A DNA stretch of 62,857 bases, filler included, from Thraustochytrium aureum (Eukaryota), in assembly GCA_012862495.1 (NCBI GenBank). It is 6 parts of 5 records of this genome, joined end to end, with 100 filler letters (N's around TTAATTAATTAA, not from the genome) between each part and the next. Parts side by side here need not be neighbours in the genome. Positions count along the whole stretch, not along the records: positions 21,911 to 40,882 come from BLSG01000395.1; 5 more parts are not named here. One strand, 5' to 3'. A program made the translations under genes and the position numbers. The notes beneath the pieces were generated by a model that was not told the origin of the DNA, made no database searches, and saw only the letters and a list, made by a program, of their open reading frames with translations. The stretch's first letter is position 1. Every line of letters starts with the position of its first letter. Positions 23,172 through 34,021 of this stretch are shown in pieces.

Positions 23172-23547
23172 CTACTTGGCCGGCTCGCGGAGGTACACAT
23201 ACGCCTTCTTGAAGTCGTTCCGCCGCTTCCCGCGCGTCTGGTCGCCCAGCATCTTGACCTTGCCCAAATAGTTGATCGTGTTGACCTTCTCGATATCGAC
23301 GCCGTACAGCTTTTCGAGGTACTCCTTGATCTCGAACTTGTTCATGTGCTTGGGCACGTGAAACTTGACCACCGACTGCCCCGTCACGCTACGCGTGTAG
23401 TTGCTCACCAGCGTCATCACCTCCGACGGCATCCTGCGCGCACGTAGCGAGTCCCGCGCCGTCAGCCCCCCGCCGCCCCGCCCTCCCGCCCGCGGGTCCG
23501 CCGCCAACTCACCATCGAAGCTGCCATGGCTTGAGCGGCCTCGACAT
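23172..23547 (-). CDS. MRPL23: Mitochondrial ribosomal protein uL23m; intron 23434-23512
   Basis: Spliced MSRPLKPWQLRWMPSEVMTLV...FHVPKHMNKFEIKEYLEKLYGVDIEKVNTINYLGK...DFKKAYV. Intron is GTGAGT..GCTGAC..CAG. Confidence 0.9.
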
Positions 23548-23672
23548 CGCCTTGGTCTCTCCGCAGCGCCTCAAGACAGAGCCCCGGCCAACCCGCGCGA
23601 GAAAACAAGCGCCAAGTGCGCCCGCGAACCCACCGCCGCTGCTGCAAGCTGGAGCTCTGCCGCTGCTCAGCG

Positions 23673-23707
<35 letters not shown>

Positions 23708-24438
23708 GCTGGCTGGTGGTCTGTCGGTCGCTGGCGGCCCGCAGTTGCGATAGAGGGTCGCAGAGCCGTTGTGAATGAGCGACAAGCCCAGAAACGATGG
23801 ACTGCCGCGAGCCCAGATACGANNNNNNNNNNNNNNNNNNNNNNNNNNNNNNNNNNNNNNNNNNNNNNNNNNNNNNNNNNNNNNNNNNNNNNNNNNNNNN
23901 NNNNNNNNNNNNNNNNNNNNNNNNNNNNNNNNNNNNNNNNNNNNNNNNNNNNNNNNNNNNNNNNNNNNNNNNNNNNNNNNNNNNNNNNNNNNNNNNNNNN
24001 NNNNNNNNNNNNNNNNNNNNNNNNNNNNNNNNNNNNNNNNNNNNNNNNNNNNNNNNNNNNNNNNNNNNNNNNNNNNNNNNNNNNNNNNNNNNNNNNNNNN
24101 NNNNNNNNNNNNNNNNNNNNNACTTGGGATGCCTCGAGACGAGTTACGATGCGACCGACCTAGGTGCAGAGACCCAAGCGACGCCGGCCAGGCCGCAGGA
24201 CTGGTGCAATGGCCCCTGGCCCGGTAGCGCAGGTTTCTGTTCTCGCCAAGACCAAAACCTTGTATAAATTTCTCAAGAAGTACAGAAAAGTAAATTTCGC
24301 ACGGGCCGCTGCTGGCCAGCGGGCCGCTGCTGGCGAACGGGCCGCTGCTGGCGAACGGCCATCGCGCTCGCCGTGTCAAGGGAAAGGGGCCATCTTGAGT
24401 AAAAAAAGAGTCTATCAAAAAGAGTCTATCAAAAAGAG

Positions 24439-26052
24439 TCATGGGTCAGCCGCGCCGGCGCTCTGGGCTTGCCACGCTGGAAAGAGGAGGTAGTGAAGCG
24501 AGTAAATGGCGGCGGACGCTCGCCACGCATTGAGCACGGCCTTGACAGACCACACGGCAAGCAAGGAGTGAAAGACGGCGTCGCAAAGAAAGAGCGCCGG
24601 GACAAAAAAGCCCAGGCACCCAAGGATCATGATGTTACGCACCAGGTCAAAGCGCTGCGTCGCGTAAATAAAGCCGTCATAGGCAAAGACCAACGAGTTG
24701 ACGACCTGCATTGACGACAAAAGCGGCCACAAGACATGCAGCTCGTGCGCCGTGTCTGCGTCCTTGGTGAACGCACGCGAGATCTGCGCTTTCCCGACGG
24801 CAAAAGCAACCGCGGAGGCGGCTCCCACGACAAGCGACATGGCCCTTAGGCGAGCAAAGAGGATCCGCATGCGCGACCAGTCACCCATGCCAAGAAGCTT
24901 GCCGCCGAGCATGGTGCCGACGTCAGCAAAGCCGTCCACCACGTAGGAAGTCAGCATCCAGAGCTGCGAGCAGATCTGGTGCGCGGCGAGCTGGCTGGTC
25001 CCAAGGCGCGAGGCCACGACGGCCATGAGCCACATCGACCCGGAGAGCAAAGTCGAGCGGATCATCATGTTGGAAGCCTTGCGGACGAATTTAGCCAGCT
25101 CCACCTTGGTTCTCTCAGTATCAGGCAGTGCGTTGTCGTCTGCGCTCTCGCCCGAACCGCCGTCCGAGCTGCCGTCCGAACTACCTTGAACGGCGCACGA
25201 GGACGGTGTCGCGCCTGTCAAACTTGCTCGCCGGAACCGTCGGAAAGGATTGGTGCAGATATTCATGCTGGGGCTCGGGGGGCAGCCCCAAGTGAAGGCA
25301 AACATGATGATCGACCCTGCAGCGTAGACCACGAGCGTGGCGCCAGCGCAACCCTCAAGACCTGCCTGCCAGTACCGCAGCGACAGCGCGTTTGAGCCCA
25401 CGAGTGCGCACGTGAGAAAAAAATTGCACGCTGTTACGAGGTGCAGACGCTGGTACCCGGACAGCACTCCGCTCGCCGTCCGAACGACCAGCTGGAATGG
25501 GATGCTGAGAACGCGGAGCGTGAAAAACAATGTCGCCTGATCCCGCGCTCGCGGCTCGAGCTTGTACAGGTCGAACAAGGCCTCCCGCACCGACAAGAGA
25601 AGCAGAGCGCAGGCCACGCCAGCCAAGGAGGCGAGCGCAAACGCAATTTGTACGCGCCTGCCTGCTTCGCGCCACGCGCGTTCGCCCACTGCTTCCGAGA
25701 CGCCGCTCATGTTGACAACAATCACAAAGTTGAACACACTCAAGGCAAAGGTGACGACTGTCATAACTGCGCTATACCCCGCGACGGCGACGCGCTCCTC
25801 TTCGCCGGAAGCAAACGCGCTGGAGACCAGCAGGAGCTCGAGCAGGCTGGCCGCCGGCGTGAGAGCGTCATTGACTGCAGCGACGCTCGACAAGTGCGCC
25901 AAGTGAATCCAGCCGATATCTACCGCCTCGACGCCGTTCGGGGCCGTGCCGCCGGCATCAAGAAGCGGCTCGTCCAGGCTTGCGTCGTCTCGTTCACTTG
26001 TTGCTTGAGCGCCTCGCTCGCTCGCAGGCATGCCGGCGACTTCGGTCGCCAT
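24439..26052 (-). CDS. MATE family efflux transporter (DinF-like)
   Basis: About 12 TM segments in two halves; RLGTSQLAAHQICSQLWMLTSYVVDGFADVG and LVFAYDGFIYA are DinF-type motifs. Confidence 0.9.
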   Translation of the reverse strand: MATEVAGMPASERGAQATSERDDASLDEPLLDAGGTAPNGVEAVDIGWIHLAHLSSVAAVNDALTPAASLLELLLVSSAFASGEEERVAVAGYSAVMTVVTFALSVFNFVIVVNMSGVSEAVGERAWREAGRRVQIAFALASLAGVACALLLLSVREALFDLYKLEPRARDQATLFFTLRVLSIPFQLVVRTASGVLSGYQRLHLVTACNFFLTCALVGSNALSLRYWQAGLEGCAGATLVVYAAGSIIMFAFTWGCPPSPSMNICTNPFRRFRRASLTGATPSSCAVQGSSDGSSDGGSGESADDNALPDTERTKVELAKFVRKASNMMIRSTLLSGSMWLMAVVASRLGTSQLAAHQICSQLWMLTSYVVDGFADVGTMLGGKLLGMGDWSRMRILFARLRAMSLVVGAASAVAFAVGKAQISRAFTKDADTAHELHVLWPLLSSMQVVNSLVFAYDGFIYATQRFDLVRNIMILGCLGFFVPALFLCDAVFHSLLAVWSVKAVLNAWRASAAIYSLHYLLFPAWQAQSAGAADP

Positions 26053-26535
26053 CCTCCACAGAGCCCGCCCGGGCAGGCAGCGATCAAGCAGTGCGCAGTC
26101 GGGCTGCGCTCGTCTGGCGTTTCGGGCTTGGCGCCACGCCGCGTTTGCGGCTTTGGCGCTCAAGCTGGCAGCTGCTTCGGGCGACTTGTTGAGGCTCGTT
26201 GTTCTTGCTCGCTCGCTCGCGACGGCTTACGCATCGCTCGCTTTCGCAGCAGCTCCGTCGCGGCTCTGCGCGCGCCAGGTTCGAGCAGCGCTTCCGGCGG
26301 CGTCGCTCGCTGTTCTTCGCTGTGGCGAGCGGGATGCCGGGCATCCCAAGCAAGTAGGTCTGCTCGAGCTATTCATCCTCTGGAGCCGAGCAAAGGTCGC
26401 TCGCTCCTGCTGGCCTGCAAGTGCGTGCCAGAGCGCGGACGCGCAGGCGCCGGGCTCGGCTTGGTAAGTAATGAATAAACATCGAATAAATGAAGAACAA
26501 GTGGGGGCGCTGGTTTCGAGACGCAGCCTGCCGGG

Positions 26536-26740
26536 ACTGCCCGTTATCTGACTCGCGAACTCCATCCGGTCCGTGGACTGCCCGTTGTCGGACTCGCGAA
26601 CTCCGTCCGGTCCGTGGACTGCCGGTTGTCTGACTCGCGAACTCCATCCGGTCCGTGGACTCCCGGTTGTCTGACTCGCGAACTCCGTCCGGTCCGTGGA
26701 CTCCCGGTTGTCTGACTCGCGAACTCGGTCCGGTCCGTGG
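26536..26740. repeat. Minisatellite, 5 x 41 bp (ACTSCCSGTTRTCKGACTCGCGAACTCSRTCCGGTCCGTGG)
   Basis: Five head-to-tail near-identical units with no spacers. Confidence 0.95.
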
Positions 26741-26902
26741 ACACATTATTGCCTTGGCCCAGAACATGCTGCTCGTGAACTCNNNNNNNNNNNNNNNNNN
26801 NNNNNNNNNNNNNNNNNNNNNNNNNNNNNNNNNNNNNNNNNNNNNNNNNNNNNNNNNNNNNNNNNNNNNNNNNNNNNNNNNNNNNNNNNNNNNNNNNNNG
26901 AG

Positions 26903-29900
26903 CTAGACGTCCAGGCTCGAGAAGCTTGAATGGGCGCCACCGATGCGGCTCGATCCGCCCCAGGGCGCTGTTTGCCCGTGGTTGTGGCGTGGCAGACCCG
27001 CGGCGCTCTGAAACGTGGCCATACTCGACATCGAGTAGGTCGAAGCAGCGCGCGATTGAACCTCGCTCGCTGCGATGGAGCCGCGGAACTGGTCTGCGTT
27101 GCGCGACCCCGGATGAGAGAATGGTCCGTGCAGCTCGTAGGCGTCGCGGCTTCCGTACGGGCTCTGGACGGCCGCCGCCGCCGCCGCCGGGTGGTGCCCA
27201 GGCACGGCGCGCTGGCCGTCTAGCTCGACCAAGCCAAGCCTAGACAGGAGGCCGTACACTGTGCGAGGGCTAGCGCCAGCCGATCCAGCGACGGGCGCAG
27301 CGAGGGCGCCCTCTTTGCGCCCTTCAATGAAGGCCTTGAACACCTTGGTGACGCAGATATGCGCCAGGTTGGAGACCAGGAGCGCCACAAAGAACACGTA
27401 GCAGCCCACGTCGATGCGCGCGATGAGGCCAAAGCAGGAGGCGGCCACGTCGCGGTCGTCCACAAGATCGAGCGAGCGCAGCAGGTCCATCACAGGCGCA
27501 AGCGCGGCGCACTGGCTCTCCACCAGAAAGCGCGTCGCGTTCTGCAACTCGAGCACCGTGAGCACAACAGCAAAGACAAACACCTCGGTGCCGCACCAGG
27601 CACACAAAAGGTTGTTGCGCTCCTGATACTGAATGGCCTCGCGCAGCGTAAAGCGGCGCGTGGAGAGCAGCGCCAGATAGACAAGCTGCATTGCCGGAAA
27701 GATTAGCACCGACAGCACGAAGACGACCCCAAAGTAGATCTTGCCAAAGTCGGCTCCCGCAAACGTGTCGCCGATGAACGAGTAGAGCGAAAACCCGCTC
27801 ACAGCCGACTCACTGGCAAACGCAAGCACGACCCTGACGAGGCCGACGGTCTCGAGCTCGAGAACGGGCACCGCCCCAGCCACGAGCGACAGCAACAGGG
27901 CGAAGCCTGACGCAGCGGCAATTGCGAGCTGGCCTCGGCGCGTGAGCGCGAGTGAGTGGCGTATGCCGCCGTCGCTGTCGTGCACCGGGTAAACGTAATC
28001 AAGAACGGAGACACGGTCCATCGCGCCCGGGGCAAGGTCGAGCTCGGCAGCAGTGGCCAAGTGCTTGATCCGCTTCTGGTACACGAAAACGAGGTTGCTC
28101 ACCAGGAGCGAGAGCAGCAGCGCGGTGATGAACGTGTAGAGGCTGAGCTTTGGCGTGAGCTTGAGCCGCAAAAAGTAGGCCTGCGTCTCCGCCGGGAGGT
28201 AGCTCACGTTCCCAGGGCTCGTCACCTCGACCGAGAGGATGACCAGCACAAAGGCGACGAAGAAGAGCTCAACGAGGCTCCATTTACCAAGCTGGTCCAG
28301 CAGCGTGATCGTGGCGTCGCGCCGCTTGAACGAGAGGTACCGAGCCGGCAGCAACCAGCAGAGCGAAACGCCAGCAATCTTGGCGTACGGCCACACGATT
28401 GAGAAGAGGATCAGGAGGCCGGCCAAGAACACGGCACCGCCATCCCAGAGTTTGAGCGTCGTGGAGATCACCGAAAAGGTCCCAAACTCGTCGATGTTGA
28501 CGGGGACGCCTGCGGCGGTGCCCTCAATGCCGGCGCCCATCACATCACCGGTATGGCCCAAGACAAACATGACAAGGTTGATCACGAGCGCCGCCGGCAC
28601 GGCGACGCGGACCCAGAGGGGAACCATCGGGTGGCGGTAAAGCGGAACACTGACGAGCTCCAGCGCGCTGGGCCCAGTGTCCACTTGCTTGGCTGTTGCA
28701 GCTGGTCCCCAGGAGCTGGGGCCCGCCCCAAGGCGGCCACCAGGCACAGACACCTGCGCGAAGGCGGCGGTAGGGACCTCGGCCTTGCTGCGCCTTCGCC
28801 CGAGGCGGCACGCGAAGAAGCAGGTGCCCGCCGCTCCGAGCGAAGTCGCAAATAGGCCCGCAAAGGCGTATGCGTCACCCAGCGGCTCCGCCTCGAATGC
28901 GATGGAGCCAGCAGATGCCGCAGAGCACGCGGCCTGGGCTGCGTCAACGGTGGCTTGCCACGTCTCTGGTTGGAACCCAGATGTGGCCGCCTTGGAGGCC
29001 CGCGCGAAGAGGCTGTTGAGGTCCGCAGCGAGATCGCGATCAGCCTCTGGGTTGGAGAGGCGCTGGGACCACTCTCGGAGCACCGGGCTCTGGCAAGAGT
29101 TGCACTGGAGCGAGACGCCGAGGCCGCCGAGAATGATTTCGAGCGTCTTGATTCCCCCGTACGGGTCGAGGCGACCGACCCAGCAGTCCAGCGTCACTGC
29201 CTCGCCAAGCGTCATGCCTTCGACGTCGTACACGGAGAGGGTGGCGAGCAGCTCGAGCACGGCACGGAAGCTTTCGAGTCCGAGCGCGAAAGTGACGTCG
29301 TTGCGTTGTGCCAACTCGGCCGGGCCGCTTCCGGCTCGACTCTGGCCTGTTTCCCAGAGGTCCAGTTGAAGGCCAGCCGAAACGAAAAGCGGGGCATCCA
29401 CGGAGGCGAGGTCGAGACCGTTGTACAAGAGCTGCTTGGCTTGGGCTGTTGCGTGGAGCACGCGTAGCTCTTGTATGCGCGGTGGCAACGCGTTGGCGAG
29501 TTGGAGGGCGTTCAATGTGAGTGTCAGGGACTGGGAGGGCAATTTGAGGTCCAGGACTTTGACGGGCTCGTCGACAAAATCTGCGACGCCGTTCTCGTCC
29601 GTGTCTGCTAGACCGCCGATCAGGCCTGCAAGGGCTTCTGGGGTGACCATGGCTGAGATGTTGCGCACGATCCCCTGGGAAAAGTCGTACAGGCTGTCCA
29701 TCTTGGCAGGCGATGCAACCGCTCGTGGGCACTTTGCCTCGCCCGCCGGCAGGATAGCAAGCCCTGCGATAGCAGCGGCAAGCGCTGCAGGCAGGCCCGC
29801 TTGGTACACGGGCACAAGGCTGTTGATGAGGTCTCCGGCCAGGAAGCCAAGGCCGTCGCTGAAGCCCTCGAGTGCCAAGTCGATCTGCGTCGCCGCGAAG

Positions 29901-31414
29901 CGGGCTGCGGAGAGTACCGGCGAGCCTCCCACGAAAGTGGATAGCACGCAATTGAAGAGCTCGTTGACGAGCGGGCCCAGCTCGAGAGCCTTCACTCTGT
30001 TGATGTCAATCGCTAGCAGTGCGGCGAGTTGCGCCACAAACCCTGACCAGGAGAGGTCGACGCGAAACGCTTCGACAAGCTGAAACTCGATCAACTGGTC
30101 GAACAGAAGAGCGGTCGAAATGTCGAGCGAGACGCGAAACGCGGCGGCGACGCTGAGGTCGCCGAGAGCCAGATCTGGAAGGGCCAACGAGTGACCCCCA
30201 ACGACTTGCAAGGTGATGCCGCCCTGCGCCTCGCCGCCAACTGGCACGGCCGAAAGGGCGAGGGTCTCGGCCGTGACGGCGAGTTTGCCGACGCCTTCGA
30301 GCGCCAAAGCGTAGGTAAGCGACCCGTCGGGGCCCGAAACCAGCAAGTCGCCTGCGAGGCTGGCGACAAGGCGGAGAAGGTCAAAGTTTTGCAGGCCGCC
30401 GCCCGCGGGCCCGAAAAGCCCACGCAAAAGCTCCAAGATGCCTGCCCCCCCCGTTCCCTCGCTCAGCGTCTCGAGAAGGCCGCCGATGTCAAGCGTAACT
30501 GCGTTAGTGCCGTTGCCGCCCCCGTCCCCAACAAGTAGGCCCGTGACCGGGTTGTTGGCGAGGTTGACCAGGTTGGAGGAGGAGTCGCGCAGCCCCTCGA
30601 GGGCGGCCCGCTCGGCCTCTCGGACAACGTCGGCAAAGCTGGCCTCGGGGGAAACGGGCTGCGCAGTGAGTGGGTTGGACACTGCGAAGGCGTTGACGAC
30701 CGCGGTCGCATTGTTGAGCAGGTTGCAGACCGCGTCGGCGATCGGCTCTAGCGCCGTGTTCTTGAACGGGCCGTTGAGCGCTGCGACTATCAGCCCTGTC
30801 AAGTCAAACCCAACGAGCCGGACGATGTTGCTCCCGCTAAAAACGACCCCGTCCAAGCTGACCCGCTCCGTACACGGCTGCTCGACGTCCATGGCAAGCG
30901 ACGGCGGAAACATTGCAAAGTCCCGGCTGAGCAGCATGGACTTGGCGTTGATGCTCGAGCCGCTCTCACTTGTGGAGGTCACGGTGATGGTGCCGCCGCA
31001 GTCTTCCGTGCCGAGGTTTGTCGCGACGCAGATGCCCACCGTGCACTCGAGCCTGACGTTTTGCAGCGAGAGCGAGAGGTCGTATCGCTCGTAGTCGGTT
31101 TCGTTGAGCCGGACAGTCTCGGGCACGAAGTCGCCTCGTACCAGCGCGTCGTCCAGGCCAAGGTTGACGCAAGTGGCCTCCGGGCCGAGAGTCACAGTCG
31201 CGCGCAGGCCGATGGCGCCGACCTCGACCGGGTCGACAGCGCTCGTGTTGATGCTGAGCTGCATCTTCCCGAGCACCTCGTTGACCAGGGCATAGCTCCC
31301 AGGCAGCCGCCGGCGGGTCTGCCCATCCGCCTCTGCCACGCCCTGAGCGACCGTCGCTCCGGCAAGGACCGCCGCCGCCGCCGCCACCCACTTTGCCATC
31401 ACGCCCGCGCCCAT
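26903..31414 (-). CDS. Large signal-peptide membrane protein with C-terminal PqiA (paraquat-inducible A/LetA-like) domains
   Basis: Signal MAKWVAAAAAVLAGATVAQG; long lumenal/extracellular region; PqiA-like LILFSIVWPYAK...LDQLGKWSLVELFFVAF and a second copy FVLSVLIFP...LCAWCGTEVFVFAV. Confidence 0.8.
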   Translation of the reverse strand: MGAGVMAKWVAAAAAVLAGATVAQGVAEADGQTRRRLPGSYALVNEVLGKMQLSINTSAVDPVEVGAIGLRATVTLGPEATCVNLGLDDALVRGDFVPETVRLNETDYERYDLSLSLQNVRLECTVGICVATNLGTEDCGGTITVTSTSESGSSINAKSMLLSRDFAMFPPSLAMDVEQPCTERVSLDGVVFSGSNIVRLVGFDLTGLIVAALNGPFKNTALEPIADAVCNLLNNATAVVNAFAVSNPLTAQPVSPEASFADVVREAERAALEGLRDSSSNLVNLANNPVTGLLVGDGGGNGTNAVTLDIGGLLETLSEGTGGAGILELLRGLFGPAGGGLQNFDLLRLVASLAGDLLVSGPDGSLTYALALEGVGKLAVTAETLALSAVPVGGEAQGGITLQVVGGHSLALPDLALGDLSVAAAFRVSLDISTALLFDQLIEFQLVEAFRVDLSWSGFVAQLAALLAIDINRVKALELGPLVNELFNCVLSTFVGGSPVLSAARFAATQIDLALEGFSDGLGFLAGDLINSLVPVYQAGLPAALAAAIAGLAILPAGEAKCPRAVASPAKMDSLYDFSQGIVRNISAMVTPEALAGLIGGLADTDENGVADFVDEPVKVLDLKLPSQSLTLTLNALQLANALPPRIQELRVLHATAQAKQLLYNGLDLASVDAPLFVSAGLQLDLWETGQSRAGSGPAELAQRNDVTFALGLESFRAVLELLATLSVYDVEGMTLGEAVTLDCWVGRLDPYGGIKTLEIILGGLGVSLQCNSCQSPVLREWSQRLSNPEADRDLAADLNSLFARASKAATSGFQPETWQATVDAAQAACSAASAGSIAFEAEPLGDAYAFAGLFATSLGAAGTCFFACRLGRRRSKAEVPTAAFAQVSVPGGRLGAGPSSWGPAATAKQVDTGPSALELVSVPLYRHPMVPLWVRVAVPAALVINLVMFVLGHTGDVMGAGIEGTAAGVPVNIDEFGTFSVISTTLKLWDGGAVFLAGLLILFSIVWPYAKIAGVSLCWLLPARYLSFKRRDATITLLDQLGKWSLVELFFVAFVLVILSVEVTSPGNVSYLPAETQAYFLRLKLTPKLSLYTFITALLLSLLVSNLVFVYQKRIKHLATAAELDLAPGAMDRVSVLDYVYPVHDSDGGIRHSLALTRRGQLAIAAASGFALLLSLVAGAVPVLELETVGLVRVVLAFASESAVSGFSLYSFIGDTFAGADFGKIYFGVVFVLSVLIFPAMQLVYLALLSTRRFTLREAIQYQERNNLLCAWCGTEVFVFAVVLTVLELQNATRFLVESQCAALAPVMDLLRSLDLVDDRDVAASCFGLIARIDVGCYVFFVALLVSNLAHICVTKVFKAFIEGRKEGALAAPVAGSAGASPRTVYGLLSRLGLVELDGQRAVPGHHPAAAAAAVQSPYGSRDAYELHGPFSHPGSRNADQFRGSIAASEVQSRAASTYSMSSMATFQSAAGLPRHNHGQTAPWGGSSRIGGAHSSFSSLDV

Positions 31415-32275
31415 GGCTTTGCTTGTCCCCGCCGCGAGTTGGTTTCTGGATCCTCTTCCCCCTCGCCGATTGGCGAACTCGTGTTGACAATGCGAGTCCT
31501 CTTCTTGCGACGTGCAAAATGAGGCGTGTGGCACGATTGCCAACGTGCTGCCAATCATGCTCCTCTCTCTGGGTCCACATCGATCGATTCGCTTCGCGCA
31601 TAGGCCGCGGCCGGCAAGCGCTGCGTGGACCAGGTGATGGGGCTGCTCGGTGGCGCTGCTTGATGGAGCTGCTCGGTGGCGCTGGTCTGGGATGGATGGC
31701 GCTTGTTTCCGTGCGAAGATCGATTCCGAGCAGATGAAGTGGCCCATCTCGGGGACAATCCACTCCGATTTTCGCTGGCGGCGCTGCGTTCCCGGCTCCG
31801 GTGCAACCTTGAACGCTGGCCAGCAGAGTCCCAACCGCAAAGGAACTTTCCTCGGCGCGAACTGTTTTTCGCAAAAGCTCGCCGCCTCGCCTGCGAAACC
31901 GCATCACAACATCTTTCCGGCCGGCGAGGAAGCTCGCGTTTTCGCACGAACGCTGCGGCTGACGGCCACGGTGTCATCGCGGATTCCTCAACTTGCAGCG
32001 ATCACGCGTGGAGAAGCGAGGACGCAACAACGTTTCGCACTTTCACCCGAGCGCGAGGGAGAGCTGCGGGCAGGGCAGGCCGCACTTGTTTAAAATTAAA
32101 AAACTCAGGAAACTATCTTGCTCGTCACCGCGCGCTTCCGCGATTGGCCAGTGATGGGCCAAAACAAAGGTGGGCCAAGGTCAAACGCCTTCCCTCGCCT
32201 TCGAGCTGAGGCGTTAGCTCTACTACTAGAGGGAGAGACGCAGGCTGGCCGCGACCTGCAACGCCCTCATCGCCA

Positions 32276-32949
32276 TCACTGCATACGCAGCAGCACGTCC
32301 AGCAGGTTTGCCGGGATGGGGGCGCGCTTGCCGGTCGCGTAGTCGAGGAAAACGATGTCGGCTTCGCCTTCTGCCACGACGCGCCCAGTGTCGAGGTTGT
32401 GCACGGCCATGCGTTGCGTCAGTGTAGTCTCAGTTACCTTGTCAACGCGGCAGCCAACCTGGATTCGGCAAGGGTACACGAGTGGCGCCCGGTATCTGCA
32501 CGAGGTTCCAGCGAGGATGGGCCTGCGCGTCTCGGCAGATGCAGCGTCAGCACACGCTGCGATCGCTTCGGGGAGCAAACTCTCAGACCTTGTGGAGCGA
32601 AGCGGCGCGCGCGAGGGCTTCGGAACGCGGTGTTGGGGACTTACTGTGACCCTGGGGCGTCCTTGTCAACGAAAAAGCCAGCCTTCTCCAGGTGCTTGAG
32701 GCGCGCGGTCTCAAAGTAGACAAAGTATTGAACGTTGTTGACGTGCCCCATGGCGTCCATGTCGCCCCACCGCACCTCCACGGGGCACTTGAACCCGTAT
32801 TTGAGTCCTTTATAGTCGTCAAGGTCGTCGACCTTTCCGTGGCCTGCGCTTGTCGACAGCAGTGCGCGCAGTCCCTTCGCCGCGTAGCGCGGAAGGCGCG
32901 GCCCAGCCCGACGCCGCGCGCAGTGCATCGCTGCTCCAGCAAGCGCCAT
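32276..32949 (-). CDS. Hot-dog fold acyl-CoA thioesterase (YbgC/4HBT family), probable mitochondrial presequence; intron 32523-32644
   Basis: VRWGDMDAMGHVNNVQYFVYFETAR; splicing GTAAGT..GCTGAC..CAG gives SQPILAGTSCRYRAPLVYP. Arg-rich N-terminus. Confidence 0.9.
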
Positions 32950-34021
32950 CACAGAGCAACCGGCCAGCGTCGCTGCGCCTGGGGCCTCCGAGTCTGTCAA
33001 TCGACATGATCCATCTCGTAGGCAACGAAGGATTCACTGCGTTCATTCGCAACGAGCANNNNNNNNNNNNNNNNNNNNNNNNNNNNNNNNNNNNNNNNNN
33101 NNNNNNNNNNNNNNNNNNNNNNNNNNNNNNNNNNNNNNNNNNNNNNNNNNNNNNNNNNNNNNNNNNNNNNNNNNNNNNNNNNNNNNNNNNNNNNNNNNNN
33201 NNNNNNNNNNNNNNNNNNNNNNNNNNNNNNNNNNNNNNNNNNNNNNNNNNNNNNNNNNNNNNNNNNNNNNNNNNNNNNNNNNNNNNNNNNNNNNNNNNNN
33301 GAACATCGACGCACGGCCGCGTGCGAAGAGGGAAGAGGAAGAGCAGTAGCAGGGCGCGTACCCAGACCGGTGACCTACCGACCGGAAGCGGAATGCACCG
33401 AGTCCGATCCCGCCTCCTCCTGCTCGCCTCCTGCTCGCCTCCTGCTTGCGCCTGCTTGTGCCTGCTAGTGCGGAGTCGGCAAGAACGCGCTTTCCGGCTG
33501 TCTGGCTCCTCACGGCGTGTGGCGTTGGACTGTAGACCTTGTGCAGTTCGTCGACTTCGACCTGGAGCGGTAGGTACCGGTAGGTAAACAGCGCCAGCCA
33601 GCCAGAGAGTGATGATGGTCGTACTGACAGACCAGCCTGAGTGGACAACGACGCACTCAAGACTCTCAGGTGAACCAGTAGGCCTACTTCTTCTCTGCCC
33701 TACCTACCTCGCCCGTCCTCGGCAGGCGGCCTGCATAGTAGTAGTAGCAAGTGTGCGAAGGTTGAAACTCGGAGGGCTTGGAGCAGAGTGGCGTGCCATG
33801 AGAGTGATGCCGCGATGCCGTTCGCCCTGAGAGGGCGCTGGATCGCCGGGCCAAGCCACAAACCGACAACTGCACCTGCCGCAACGCACGAAGCCGGCTA
33901 TCAGGTCGCGCATGCTGGAAAACGCTGCAACCCAGGCCTTCCACAACAGGGCACATCTTCAGTTCCCGAACAGACGCAGCGCGAGGCTTGTTTCGTTTCG
34001 CAAACGCGAAAAGGCTGAACG

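Noticed and set aside
26536..26740. Possible CRISPR array
   Set aside because: Units are head-to-tail with no unique spacers, there are no cas genes, and the context is eukaryotic.
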